64,000 nucleotides of DNA from positions 32,001-96,000 of the IMG/VR virus record IMGVR_UViG_3300025584_000449; one strand, written 5' to 3'. A program made the position numbers and the translations under genes. Below are positions 8,254-18,130 of the stretch, one piece after another. Source of the stretch: a virus. How positions within the stretch are numbered: the stretch's first letter is position 1; each line of letters starts with the position of its first letter. Under the pieces are notes generated by a model. It was not told where the DNA came from. It did not search any database and saw only the letters and a list, made by a program, of their open reading frames with translations.

Positions 8254-8333
8254 AAGTCAGATGCTCTTCCAACTGAGCTACGAGCGCATAAGTGGATGGG
8301 GAGAACTCTCCCCACCCTTCTCTAAATCAACTA

Positions 8334-8612
8334 TTAAAGCGTATTAGCTCTAATATACTGCATACCCTGCTTAGTCACACGAGGAATGCCGTTGTCCATA
8401 ACGATTCTACCGTGCTTCACAGAGCGCTGCCAAAAACTATTATAGTAATTGCCACGGCTGTTAGGACTTGTTCCAATTACCTTCGCGGTCAAAGCAATCT
8501 TATTTACTTCAGTCTTTCTCTTCGGCATCTTCTCTGTGCCATTGAAATTGCGAACTTCCTGTAAGTACTTAGCAGCCTTTGTCGCGTAATTAATTCTCTT
8601 TCTACGTGCCAT
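8334..8612 (-). CDS. Hypothetical basic protein
   Basis: Closely packed operon ORF followed by a hairpin. Confidence 0.7.
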   Translation of the reverse strand: MARRKRINYATKAAKYLQEVRNFNGTEKMPKRKTEVNKIALTAKVIGTSPNSRGNYYNSFWQRSVKHGRIVMDNGIPRVTKQGMQYIRANTL

Positions 8613-8614
8613 TG

Positions 8615-8824
8615 TTATATCATATCCTTCATATTATTTACATTATAAATTTCGGTGTATTGAGTCATAAACTCTTCAAAAATTTTTAGTCTTAGTGCTT
8701 CATCTTCGATATTCTCTTGTAAAACTTCACCTAAGATTGTTTTAACTTTAGTTTTATGAGCTTTTTTAGCCTCTAAAACTTGTGGAGAATTAAGAAAAGC
8801 TTCTAGCATTTTATTTTTGAACAC
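8615..8824 (-). CDS. Hypothetical protein
   Basis: Operon ORF. Confidence 0.7.
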   Translation of the reverse strand: MFKNKMLEAFLNSPQVLEAKKAHKTKVKTILGEVLQENIEDEALRLKIFEEFMTQYTEIYNVNNMKDMI

Positions 8825-9167
8825 TATTATCCTTCTGAAAAAACAGTTCTAAATTACCGTCTTTATTTTCTTGAGCAAAAGCAAAGCGCCAACTTTCTTC
8901 ATATAGCTTATCTAACGCCCCAATAGTTATTTTTTTGGATGAGGTTAGTTCTATAGTTTTCCAATTATCGCTTTTCTTTTTTCTCTTTGCTTTCTTTTTA
9001 GCTGTCGGTATAACTGTTTTAGTTTCTTTTTTTACTTCTTTTTTTGCTGGTGTTTTAGCTTTTGCTTTAGTCACTTTTTTGACTGAGGTTCTGCTTTTTG
9101 CTTTGTCCTCAAGCGTAACACCTGCTGCAATTTCTGCCTTGGTTCGTCTTACTCTTTTTTGAGCCAT
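8811..9167 (-). CDS. Lys/Ala-rich basic protein, possibly nucleic-acid binding
   Basis: KAKAKTPAKKEVKK low-complexity tract. Confidence 0.65.
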   Translation of the reverse strand: MAQKRVRRTKAEIAAGVTLEDKAKSRTSVKKVTKAKAKTPAKKEVKKETKTVIPTAKKKAKRKKKSDNWKTIELTSSKKITIGALDKLYEESWRFAFAQENKDGNLELFFQKDNSVQK

Positions 9168-9784
9168 TATATTATCTCATCTATAAGTTCAAACTCTAAA
9201 CACTGCTCAGCAGTGAGATAAAAATCATGCTCCATTTTTCTTTTCCAATAAGCTATATCCTTATTAGAAAATTCTGCGAAAAGTTCATACAATCTATTTT
9301 GTAATTTTGTTAAATGTTTAACTTCATTGGTGATTGTAGAAACTTTCCCGCTATACCAAGAGCTTATTTGATGAATCATAGCATAGCTATCTTGACCCAT
9401 CGACCTTACCCCTGTGCCTGAAACTAATAGTACTGCTGCTGCAGACATTGCTGTTCCAAAACATCTTGTATTAATCAGGACTGGGGCTGTTCGAACAATA
9501 TCAACTAACCCGTAACACCCATATATATCTCCCCCATAAGAGGATATTTCTAGGGTGATGGGTTTCTTTTTATCAGCTTCATCAGATAATTGATTTATTA
9601 ATCTAATTATTTGTGAAAGCCAAATAGGTGATATAAGTTCAACATCATCAGTAAAGTATATTATTCTTTCTTTTGAATTAAAGGACCATTCGGTCTCGTA
9701 GAATAATAATTCTTTACGTTTTAGATCTAAATCAGATCCTTCTAAAATTTTTGGTTTTTTACTATTTTCTATAGAAGGATTCAT
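9167..9784 (-). CDS. clpP: ClpP-family protease
   Basis: SSYGGD, catalytic AMSAAA (S), MIHQ (H), DFYLTAEQC (D). Confidence 0.9.
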   Translation of the reverse strand: MNPSIENSKKPKILEGSDLDLKRKELLFYETEWSFNSKERIIYFTDDVELISPIWLSQIIRLINQLSDEADKKKPITLEISSYGGDIYGCYGLVDIVRTAPVLINTRCFGTAMSAAAVLLVSGTGVRSMGQDSYAMIHQISSWYSGKVSTITNEVKHLTKLQNRLYELFAEFSNKDIAYWKRKMEHDFYLTAEQCLEFELIDEII

Positions 9785-9791
9785 GGACTAC

Positions 9792-10016
9792 CTATTCCTC
9801 TACAGATGCCAGTATAGTCACATCAAAAGCCTGAAGACCCTTGCCTGTATCTTGAATCTCAAACTCTACAGCTTGATTTCTTCTAAGCTTTTTATATCCA
9901 TCCATGTCGATTTGAGAAAAATGAACAAAGATTTCACTAGGATTACCATCTTCTTCTAGAAAACCATATCCTTTCTTTGCCGAAAACCATTTAACTCTTC
10001 CTTCAACTTTTTCCAT
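9792..10016 (-). CDS. Cold-shock domain protein
   Basis: GRVKWF, KGYGFL (RNP1), IFVHFSQI (RNP2). Confidence 0.95.
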   Translation of the reverse strand: MEKVEGRVKWFSAKKGYGFLEEDGNPSEIFVHFSQIDMDGYKKLRRNQAVEFEIQDTGKGLQAFDVTILASVEE

Positions 10017-10254
10017 TCTTCACTTCCTTAACAAAATTCTCTATGTATCTTAGTTGTCTTATTAGACTATTTAAATTATTTCCATATAGCTGAATTTCCT
10101 GACTATTAACATCAGTGGCCTTTTTAAATTTGCAATGTAATAATGTTACATTAGATGATTGCTTACATACTTTTTCGCATGTCATACATATTTTATTAAT
10201 TCCAAATTTTTCAGCTGCTGGCCAATTCTCTATTTTATTTTTCATTCTTTTCAC
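10003..10254 (-). CDS. Hypothetical protein with CxxCxxxC motif
   Basis: ORF overlapping the cold-shock gene start. Confidence 0.6.
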   Translation of the reverse strand: MKRMKNKIENWPAAEKFGINKICMTCEKVCKQSSNVTLLHCKFKKATDVNSQEIQLYGNNLNSLIRQLRYIENFVKEVKNGKS

Positions 10255-10462
10255 ACGGTTTAGCTATACTTGCTAGACTGCTTTGAGTCACGCTCTTTTG
10301 AGCGCAACAGACCTCAATGGCAGTCTTTGGCGATAGAGCTTCTTTTTAGAAAGCTCCGTTTCTTTTAAACCACCAATTCTTTTGATGAACGGAACGTTTA
10401 TCTTTGTGTCACCAGTGACACACATCTATAGCTAGTTTGATTACACACGTCGTCGAGACCCA

Positions 10463-10710
10463 GTTATTAACATTACTAATAATACGAATAATTGAATATT
10501 GTATATAATTCAACTGTATTTTGTAATGTTACAACTATAGATCACATGTAAGTAATAACTATTTATTTATAATAACGTTAGATATTATAACATAAACTAA
10601 TTATTATCTTCTTGTGAACTATCAGTTTTAATATTGACTGAAGTCACAACAATAAGATTGGTATTTTGTGCAAGTATTCGATTATTCGTATTATTAGTAA
10701 TATTAATAAC
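10463..10710. repeat. 30-bp inverted repeat pair (29/30 identical) in an ~850-bp ORF-free region
   Basis: 10463..10492 versus reverse complement of 10681..10710. Confidence 0.85.
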
Positions 10711-11129
10711 CACTTAATGGTGTGGCACAAATTAATTCTTCTCGTTAGCGAAACGTTAACGTTCTTTACATTTGTAAAGATTAGACTGTAATCAGTACTT
10801 CAACTCAGGACCTACTTGTCGTTATAAACTATAGCGTCCTATAGTTCTTTCGCGCAAAGCATATATCCCGCGAATTCGTACTTGTCGAAGACAACTAGAA
10901 AAAGTTCTTACCTGGGGTACTTTTTTAAGTTTTATATGACGAAGTCTTCATAAAATTAAAAGGTGCCCTTGGTTGGAACTTTCTTCGTTACGTGTTTCTT
11001 CGAAGAAGTTAAAATACAACACTAACGGATCGTTAGTGTCTTCTATAAATTAATATAAAATTATGACTACGAATTCTAAATCATAGCTCGGCTACGATTT
11101 TATTTGCTATATTCTTATACCGTAATAAT

Positions 11130-11462
11130 CTACGTATTATCAAGCAGTTTGTCAACCTTTTTATTTAATTCATTGACTTCAGCTAGTAACCCGGCTACGG
11201 CTTTAAGTATTAAAGTTGTAACTTCATCTTCTGGATCTACATCAATATCATTAAATGTTACATTACTCCAGCCAGACGGCATATTAATTAATGGAGTAGT
11301 AGTACTATGTGTTTTACCTGTGGTAGAGCCACCAGAAGTATCGACATAGAGCGTGTTTTGGTTTTCACTCCAAGTTGTATTATCTATATAGGATTTGAGC
11401 TCTCCATAGAACACACCTATACCTTTTTTGTTAGCCTTTTCATCCTTCATATGATTCCTCAA
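11130..11462 (-). CDS. Hypothetical protein
   Basis: ORF; likely start MKDEK. Confidence 0.65.
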   Translation of the reverse strand: MRNHMKDEKANKKGIGVFYGELKSYIDNTTWSENQNTLYVDTSGGSTTGKTHSTTTPLINMPSGWSNVTFNDIDVDPEDEVTTLILKAVAGLLAEVNELNKKVDKLLDNT

Positions 11463-11784
11463 TTAGTTTTATAATATTATTCTTTTCTTCTTCTGTATTA
11501 TACTCATACGTCATTATAGCAGTAAACGTAGTAGGTATAAAACGCAAGAATCCCTCCTTTAAAGGAGCTGGAGATATTACGTAACTAGAGTGAATCCATA
11601 TTGTTGGCATCTCTTGATAAGCTTTTTCATCTGGCTTCTTATTTAATAAGCTTATCGAAGTTCCTTTAGCCTCTGAGCATTTTCCTGATAGCGCATCCTC
11701 TAGAGTTGCGTCCAGCCAGAAAATCTCTCCTCCCATTACGTGTATTTCTGAAATTGTGTGTTTCTTTAGAATATCAAATGTCAT
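11440..11784 (-). CDS. Hypothetical protein
   Basis: Operon ORF after purA. Confidence 0.7.
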   Translation of the reverse strand: MTFDILKKHTISEIHVMGGEIFWLDATLEDALSGKCSEAKGTSISLLNKKPDEKAYQEMPTIWIHSSYVISPAPLKEGFLRFIPTTFTAIMTYEYNTEEEKNNIIKLIEESYEG

Positions 11785-11786
11785 AT

Positions 11787-12815
11787 TTATATATCGGTTG
11801 GGTTTCCTGAAAAAATTATTTTGTTCTCTTTAATATTGTTATGTTCTAATAAAAAGTCAAGCACAAAACCTTTAAACACCTCAAAAGTTTCAAATACTTG
11901 TAATCTATTGTAAGCATGTAACTTAAATGTTCCTACTAGAATTAAAATATCAATCTTGTTGAAGATCACATTGTTAGTTCCAGTAGCTGTTATTGCATAG
12001 GATAGTTTATCTAGATCTAGCCATCCTATATGTCTCTGTCTACCAGTAGTTACTCCGATCTCATTTCCTTCTATACGAATTTTATCGAAGATTTCATCGT
12101 CAAGACCTTGTTCTCTGAATTGTTTAAATCCTGAATAAGTCTCGTACACTTTAGCACATCCATAGATATCTCTAAGACTTTGAGGAGCTACTCCAGCCGT
12201 GAAGGCAGAGCAGGGCAATACACTGCTTGAGGTTACATATGGGTAATCTCCATGGTCTATGTCTAGCCAGAACCCTTGAGCGCCTTCGAATAATATATTG
12301 ATGTCTCGAAAGCCATCCAATTTATTTAATACTTTTACCGGATCCACAGTAAAGTCTTTTAGTAACGGGTGTGTCTCTGCTCTGATGTTTGTTCTATGCA
12401 TTTTTCCAGCATAGCACGGGCCGTTGCCTTGAAGCGTGACTCCAATAGAGCTATCTTTTTTATCTTGTTTTAGATGTTTATCTTCTATTACGTGAGCATT
12501 CTTTGCAATAAATAATCTATTGCGAATGTCCATATCAGAGGCATTTTCAACTTCTTCAAGCTCTTCTAAGAATTTCTCTGGATTGACTACGCAACCCGGC
12601 CCTATTAAAGATTTGGTTGATGCTTTTACTGGAAAGGGAATAGAATGTGTTTGTATCTTTTTTCCATCTATATATGATGTATGTCCTGCATTATGTCCGC
12701 CGTTGAAGCGAACTACCCAATCATAATTAAATGTTTTTTGGAGAGATGTGCTCACCTTCCCTTTCCCTTCGTCGCCCAGCTGTAACCCCACCACAATGTC
12801 TGAATTCAAATTCAT
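11787..12815 (-). CDS. purA: Adenylosuccinate synthetase (short form)
   Basis: GDEGKG, GGHNAGHT, EGAQG, YPYVTSS, GVTTGR. Confidence 0.92.
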   Translation of the reverse strand: MNLNSDIVVGLQLGDEGKGKVSTSLQKTFNYDWVVRFNGGHNAGHTSYIDGKKIQTHSIPFPVKASTKSLIGPGCVVNPEKFLEELEEVENASDMDIRNRLFIAKNAHVIEDKHLKQDKKDSSIGVTLQGNGPCYAGKMHRTNIRAETHPLLKDFTVDPVKVLNKLDGFRDINILFEGAQGFWLDIDHGDYPYVTSSSVLPCSAFTAGVAPQSLRDIYGCAKVYETYSGFKQFREQGLDDEIFDKIRIEGNEIGVTTGRQRHIGWLDLDKLSYAITATGTNNVIFNKIDILILVGTFKLHAYNRLQVFETFEVFKGFVLDFLLEHNNIKENKIIFSGNPTDI

Positions 12816-13660
12816 ATTTTCTTATATTCCTTATAATATTGTGCAAATTTTGCAAATGTTGCATGATTTCTACCATATTTTTTATGATAGTTTTTATGAC
12901 AAATTTCACATAAAGTTATTCCATTATATAAATTATATCTGTCTTCCGGAAAGTTAGCCCAACTATTTAAATGGTGAGCATTTAAATTTTTTCCCTTGTT
13001 ATTTTTACATATACAGCAAGTATACTTATCGCGGGCAAAGATAGAAGTGCGCCACTGTTTATTTTCACTAGTGCTTCTTTCTGCTAGACGCTCTTTATCA
13101 GATTTATTATGATTGTAATTAAAATGGTAAATACCTTTTTGTCTAGATATGCACCCACAAGATTTAGTTACTCCAGTTTTTAAACTATGGGCAATAACAG
13201 TCGGTTCATTGCCGCAGTCACATTTACATACCCATTTAGTAAATCCATTTAAATCATTTTTAGCTCTTTTAATTACAATTAATTTACCAAATCTTTGATT
13301 AACAAGATTGTCAAGTCGTGTTATACAGCCACAAGATTTAGTACGTTTACTTTTTAAACTTTTAGATTTTACAATTTTTTCATTTCCACAACTACATTTG
13401 CATAACCATTTTTGATTTCCAACATATTTAACTACAGTTAGTTTGCCAAAAATTTTCCCTACTAAGTCTTTAACTTTTAAAACTAAACAACCACAAGATT
13501 TAGTATGACCTGAAAGCAATTTACTTCCTACAATAACTTTTTCATTTCCACAATCACACTTACAAGCCCATAATATTTTTCTGTGTTTATTTTTACCAGC
13601 TATTTTAATTACTGTTAATCTACCAAACTTTTGTCCAGTTAAATCTATAAGTTTACCCAT
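12812..13660 (-). CDS. HNH homing endonuclease with three N-terminal FG(R/K)L..W.C.C.CG..KSCGC repeats
   Basis: Repeats plus NLNAHH..NGITLCEICHKNYH. Confidence 0.88.
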   Translation of the reverse strand: MGKLIDLTGQKFGRLTVIKIAGKNKHRKILWACKCDCGNEKVIVGSKLLSGHTKSCGCLVLKVKDLVGKIFGKLTVVKYVGNQKWLCKCSCGNEKIVKSKSLKSKRTKSCGCITRLDNLVNQRFGKLIVIKRAKNDLNGFTKWVCKCDCGNEPTVIAHSLKTGVTKSCGCISRQKGIYHFNYNHNKSDKERLAERSTSENKQWRTSIFARDKYTCCICKNNKGKNLNAHHLNSWANFPEDRYNLYNGITLCEICHKNYHKKYGRNHATFAKFAQYYKEYKKI

Positions 13661-13728
13661 TCATTTTCCTTAAACAAAAATAGGATGTGAGAATGTTCTC
13701 ACACCCTATCTCAATAATTTTAAATCTA

Positions 13729-14859
13729 CTATATGTCCGGTATACTTGTGACAGAGGTTGCACGTTCTGAGACATAATTTATAGTATCATAATGTAAGTC
13801 TAATTCGCTAAACGACCCAGGCCTTAGTAGAGCAAACTCTCTTTCACCTAAATCATATTCGCTACTCGCTATATCCAAGAACTCGTTCGCCCACGAATAA
13901 GTACCACGCTCTTCCCTTTCAAAATTAATAAAATCTCCCAGTACTTGGTCCATAATGAAAAAGTTAGTTGTAAGAAAAATACTACTTACTTTTCCATTTG
14001 GAAATAGCTCTGTCTTTTGAAAAGGCTCAAATGGGTCATACTCAGCATAGTAATTCTGCAATGCTGCTTCACACACAACTAGCCTTTGCTTACTTAAGAA
14101 AGGTAAACTGTTTAAATGTGCTATTTGTCTGTGTCTATCTATGTGTAGCTCTGACGGTGAATGAATAGTTCCAAAATGATTCTTCATAGCACCTGTTACA
14201 TAACCTTTATGTCCTTTAAATAGACTTAAATTGATAATATGATTAGCTTGTTCAACCACTGTGGGAATTTGCTCTGCCGCCCCATTAGGGAAAGTAAAGC
14301 TTTCTCCTAATACTCTATTATCATAATCTACTATCTCTACCCCATTAAACGTTGACCCATACCATTTATTAGTCCAGAAAGAGGGCCAACGTCTAACTAT
14401 ATCATATAGTTTTATATCCTGGTGTGGTATACCATACTCTATTAAAGAGTTAGTTACTGCTCTAGCAAACGTAGGTGATGAGTTAGGTAAATCCTCATCG
14501 TAGCAATTCATATTCATTTTTATTGCTACTTTATCTCCTGATTGATAATTACTTAATACTAGACCCCACGCTTCGGTCATAGAGCTAGTATCAGAAAGAC
14601 GCATTAATCCCCACTCAAAAGCGTTCTTCAAATTATCGTAATTATTATAATCTTCCCAATAGTTAGAGCTATAATCCCAATCGTTAAGATTAGGATCATA
14701 GGCTCTTACTATTCTATTCGTGGCTACTACTGAAGCTGATGTCGGCGGCGAATGTTGATTACCATTAGGAAAATAGAGTGTAGAGATATCCCTACACCCC
14801 ATTATTCCCATGCTTCCTATAAGAGTGCCAAGAAAAGTACGTCTAGTATACTTACTCAT
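13729..14859 (-). CDS. DUF362-family protein with Tat/lipoprotein signal
   Basis: TRRTFLG twin-arginine, GIMGC lipobox, GDKVAIK, KGH..VTGAMKNHFG. Confidence 0.75.
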   Translation of the reverse strand: MSKYTRRTFLGTLIGSMGIMGCRDISTLYFPNGNQHSPPTSASVVATNRIVRAYDPNLNDWDYSSNYWEDYNNYDNLKNAFEWGLMRLSDTSSMTEAWGLVLSNYQSGDKVAIKMNMNCYDEDLPNSSPTFARAVTNSLIEYGIPHQDIKLYDIVRRWPSFWTNKWYGSTFNGVEIVDYDNRVLGESFTFPNGAAEQIPTVVEQANHIINLSLFKGHKGYVTGAMKNHFGTIHSPSELHIDRHRQIAHLNSLPFLSKQRLVVCEAALQNYYAEYDPFEPFQKTELFPNGKVSSIFLTTNFFIMDQVLGDFINFEREERGTYSWANEFLDIASSEYDLGEREFALLRPGSFSELDLHYDTINYVSERATSVTSIPDI

Positions 14860-17420
14860 TAGTTATTTTCTCTATTCTTAATAGCTCCCGCTATTCCAAA
14901 TCCTACTAATACTAATAACGCTATTAACGCTTTAGACTTAATAGGTGAAGCTTCTTCTATCTCTGCTGTTGTTAGCAGAAGACTTTTTCCACTTATACTA
15001 TAATGTATAGATCCAGCTTCAGTTGAGACCACTGTCTCAATATCTTTTCCATCCACTGCTACGTTGTATGCAGTGTTAGGAAGTAAGTCGAAAATATAGC
15101 AGTCATAATCCCCAGGCACAGTATAATAGAGGGATACCAGTGCTGAGTCCTGATTGTAAGTGTCAAGGAAAGACACTAACACATTTCCAATCTTAAACGA
15201 AGCTCTACTGTCAGACTCGTGACTGAGCTTAATTACTGTATCTGCTATAGAGTCTTTCGGATTAGCTTGTACCACGGTTAAGTAATTATAGTAGTCAAAG
15301 GTGTCTTTCGTACTATACTCAACTCTCCACTGTCCACCATAAATATTTTCGGAATTTGGGAAAGGATCAAAATTGTGAGTATCTACCCAATATTCATACC
15401 CTTCTCCACCGATTTTCTTAATTTCTATTTCATGGTTAGACCATATATCTACTGTAGCCTTACCTGTGTTACCTATAATATTGAATGTACTATTAGGGAA
15501 TGTACTTATATGTCCAGGAACTTCTACGCTATCTGGACTTAAGGTAAACTCAGGCTCATAAATACTATTTAAATTCAATGTTACTGGGAAATCAAATCCA
15601 TCATAAACATCTATCCTATCAAAAGTGATTACTATATCGTGATCACGTAAGTATACGTACTCTCTATCTACGTGATCTACTTTAGGCCTACAGTCGAGTT
15701 TATTTAATCTTGACTCTCCGTAAGTTTCAAGCCAACCCTCGTTAGCGTACGCATTAGTTAAATCACCTAATCCATACACATAGGATTCATCTTGATATCT
15801 ACGGGTCATGTCTGCAGTATCATGCAATATTAGCTGTCTATTATATGGCACATCAAAGCTATTTACTCCATCAAGTTCAGCAGTTTCTAGAGTTTCTCTC
15901 CATGGGAACATTTGACCACCAACATTTAATAGAACAGGATCTCCTTCGAAGGAGAAGTCAGTTCGTTGGTAATCTAGATTATTCCACCCTTTATTTTCTT
16001 CTGGATCAAAAACTCTTATAGTATTTCCAGCTACTGCTTGGTGATGATGCTTCAGAACAGTGATTCCACCGCCACCGTCGTATAATCCTGCATGTGTTAA
16101 CAAGATGTCACCAAATGCATATAAGTAGTGAGTACCTTGATCTGCGCAATTCTGATTAAACCAAATACTATTACCAGCTTGGAAGGAAGTCCACATTCTG
16201 GGCTCTACGCCAGCAGGAGTCCACTCAGAGCGCGAGAGCATTAAACCTACCCAATCACCATAATAAGATAACGGTAGGTTACTTTCTGTAATAGGCTCTA
16301 CTGAAGACTCTTTATCTTTAAATATTACACCCCAATGACTAGAGTATCTATAATCTCTAGAGGGCTGTAATTCTGCAGTAGGTTGATTGTTTAAGAACCA
16401 TCTTACATATTTACCATTAATATCTTCTGGATACCAATCACTTAAAATATAAGCAGTTACAGCCTCGCTCGGGAAATATCCATCACCCTTTTGAGCGTTA
16501 AACCCGTGAGGATTTCTCCAGAAATGGTACTTACTATGCTCATCTACCCACACATAATCATATATAAATGCTTTTAAGTAATTTTTAAAATGTGGGATCT
16601 CTGATGCTGCATCATAATTTACTGCTGTTCTCATAGCATCTGCATATAAAGCCACATTTTTCATTGTACCAGCGCCATAGTCTCTTCCACTTGGTGGGAG
16701 ACCACTTTTCCAGGTAGCTAGATTATCGTGTTCAGGGCCTGCGTATCCTAATGACATTCTAACCCATTTCCAACGATCTTCCATACCAGTTTCTACATAA
16801 TCTTCCCATCTGGGATCTTCACCACCAATAGCTAATCCCCATACAGGAGCACCCCATAAAGCTTTTACAGCTCCATTAAAATAAGGTGAGCCGTGTCGTC
16901 TAGGAACCCCATATTCATCTTCCCAATTATATATATCATACCAATTCCAGAAACCAATTGTTGGGTTATCGGGATCTTTAAATTTAGGTACTGCACATAC
17001 CCAATCTCTATATTCAGCTTTTAGGCTATCCGTGAATCCTGGGTAGTTATATATCCAGTCGTATATGCACGCAAAACTATTAAATAAATGACCATTAGAG
17101 TTAAAATTAACTTTAAGCTCATTTTCAATCATGTAGTCAAATGTTTTTTGTAGCGCAAGTTCTGCGTGTGTAGTATCTCCGGTAACTGCATATATTAATG
17201 CGTTTCCTTTGGCACCTTCCCAATTACTTCTATTTGCAAGATCATTTAGCTTACCCCATTCATATGAGTCTGGTAAATAATGTTGATTGTAAGCTCTTTC
17301 AATACGCTCAGGAGTTAAATAGAGTCTTGGATGATCATTAAAATCATACTCTTGAGCAGTTGCAAAACTAGCTGTACATACTAGAAGTAAAGAGAAAATA
17401 CCAACAAGTAGTTTATTCAT
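14859..17420 (-). CDS. Secreted heparinase II/III-like (polysaccharide-lyase fold) protein with C-terminal TM anchor
   Basis: Signal MNKLLVGIF..ATAQ, HPRLYLTPER start, helical then beta-rich region, C-terminal hydrophobic helix plus basic tail. Confidence 0.6.
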   Translation of the reverse strand: MNKLLVGIFSLLLVCTASFATAQEYDFNDHPRLYLTPERIERAYNQHYLPDSYEWGKLNDLANRSNWEGAKGNALIYAVTGDTTHAELALQKTFDYMIENELKVNFNSNGHLFNSFACIYDWIYNYPGFTDSLKAEYRDWVCAVPKFKDPDNPTIGFWNWYDIYNWEDEYGVPRRHGSPYFNGAVKALWGAPVWGLAIGGEDPRWEDYVETGMEDRWKWVRMSLGYAGPEHDNLATWKSGLPPSGRDYGAGTMKNVALYADAMRTAVNYDAASEIPHFKNYLKAFIYDYVWVDEHSKYHFWRNPHGFNAQKGDGYFPSEAVTAYILSDWYPEDINGKYVRWFLNNQPTAELQPSRDYRYSSHWGVIFKDKESSVEPITESNLPLSYYGDWVGLMLSRSEWTPAGVEPRMWTSFQAGNSIWFNQNCADQGTHYLYAFGDILLTHAGLYDGGGGITVLKHHHQAVAGNTIRVFDPEENKGWNNLDYQRTDFSFEGDPVLLNVGGQMFPWRETLETAELDGVNSFDVPYNRQLILHDTADMTRRYQDESYVYGLGDLTNAYANEGWLETYGESRLNKLDCRPKVDHVDREYVYLRDHDIVITFDRIDVYDGFDFPVTLNLNSIYEPEFTLSPDSVEVPGHISTFPNSTFNIIGNTGKATVDIWSNHEIEIKKIGGEGYEYWVDTHNFDPFPNSENIYGGQWRVEYSTKDTFDYYNYLTVVQANPKDSIADTVIKLSHESDSRASFKIGNVLVSFLDTYNQDSALVSLYYTVPGDYDCYIFDLLPNTAYNVAVDGKDIETVVSTEAGSIHYSISGKSLLLTTAEIEEASPIKSKALIALLVLVGFGIAGAIKNRENN

Positions 17421-17433
17421 ATCTCTCCAATAT

Positions 17434-17793
17434 TTAAGTAAGTTTTTTATTCGATAAATTAGCAATTTTTGATAAACTAGCCAATGAATCTATAGGTTCA
17501 AGAGTTTCCAATAATTCCATACCTTCTAAAAATTCGTCAAACTCTTCTTCTGTTTCTGTCTTAACTACTATAATAGCTAAATTATATACTAATTGATCTA
17601 AATTGGTTAAAATACAGTTTGGTGTATTTAACCACTGATCTAGCCTAGTTAAAACTTCATGAGTACGTTGAACACCTTTAACTAAAACATAAAATTGAAC
17701 TTCTTCTAAGTCGTTTATTGTTTGCGCGTTATCATTTATGTTTTTCTTTAATGAGCACTCTTCATCAATTTCTATCGCAACTAAGTAGTTCAT
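17434..17793 (-). CDS. Hypothetical acidic protein
   Basis: Preceded by TTGACA-17-TATTAT (17855..17827). Confidence 0.7.
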   Translation of the reverse strand: MNYLVAIEIDEECSLKKNINDNAQTINDLEEVQFYVLVKGVQRTHEVLTRLDQWLNTPNCILTNLDQLVYNLAIIVVKTETEEEFDEFLEGMELLETLEPIDSLASLSKIANLSNKKLT

Positions 17794-17857
17794 GAAAACC
17801 TACCTTTAGGGTATAAAAGTTATTATATAATACCCCAAATATGGCTGGCTGTCAATG

Positions 17858-18130
17858 TCAATCCCAGCCTTCTTCTGTCTTTTTATCAAGCCATTTCTTG
17901 AAACATCCTGAATTTCCATCATAATGTTTTCTTGTTTTTGTGGATTTTACTTTATCTTTTCCATATTTAGTTGTGGTATATCCGCTATATCCTTGATACC
18001 CACTATCATATAATACAGGTTTACCGCAAAATTCACATATTTTCAAACGTTCGTCATCTAAAGAAATAATTTCTTCGTCTGGCTTACCTTCCCGTTTTCT
18101 TTTCTGTCTTCTATTTGCTGCTTTAGACAA
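17858..18130 (-). CDS. Hypothetical protein with CxxC
   Basis: Directly downstream of a GGTATAAGAA motif. Confidence 0.7.
   Translation of the reverse strand: MSKAANRRQKRKREGKPDEEIISLDDERLKICEFCGKPVLYDSGYQGYSGYTTTKYGKDKVKSTKTRKHYDGNSGCFKKWLDKKTEEGWD

Larger units (their letters stand above)
7507..8287 (-). tRNA. tRNA-Lys(TTT), exons 8254..8287 and 7507..7545, interrupted by a group I intron
   Basis: Joined exons give a 73-nt cloverleaf with arm TCTGA-CTT|TTAA-TCAGG and discriminator A73. Confidence 0.85.

Noticed and set aside
7507-8287. Alternative splice giving tRNA-Asn(GTT)
   Set aside because: P1 pairing (CTT with GAG) and A73 favour Lys, and an intact tRNA-Asn with G73 exists at 24136. 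Not fully excluded without RT-PCR.
11787-12815. PurZ (2-aminoadenine genome)
   Set aside because: Has the PurA-type GDEGKG, not the Ser-containing PurZ motif; no Z-pathway partners seen in this window.
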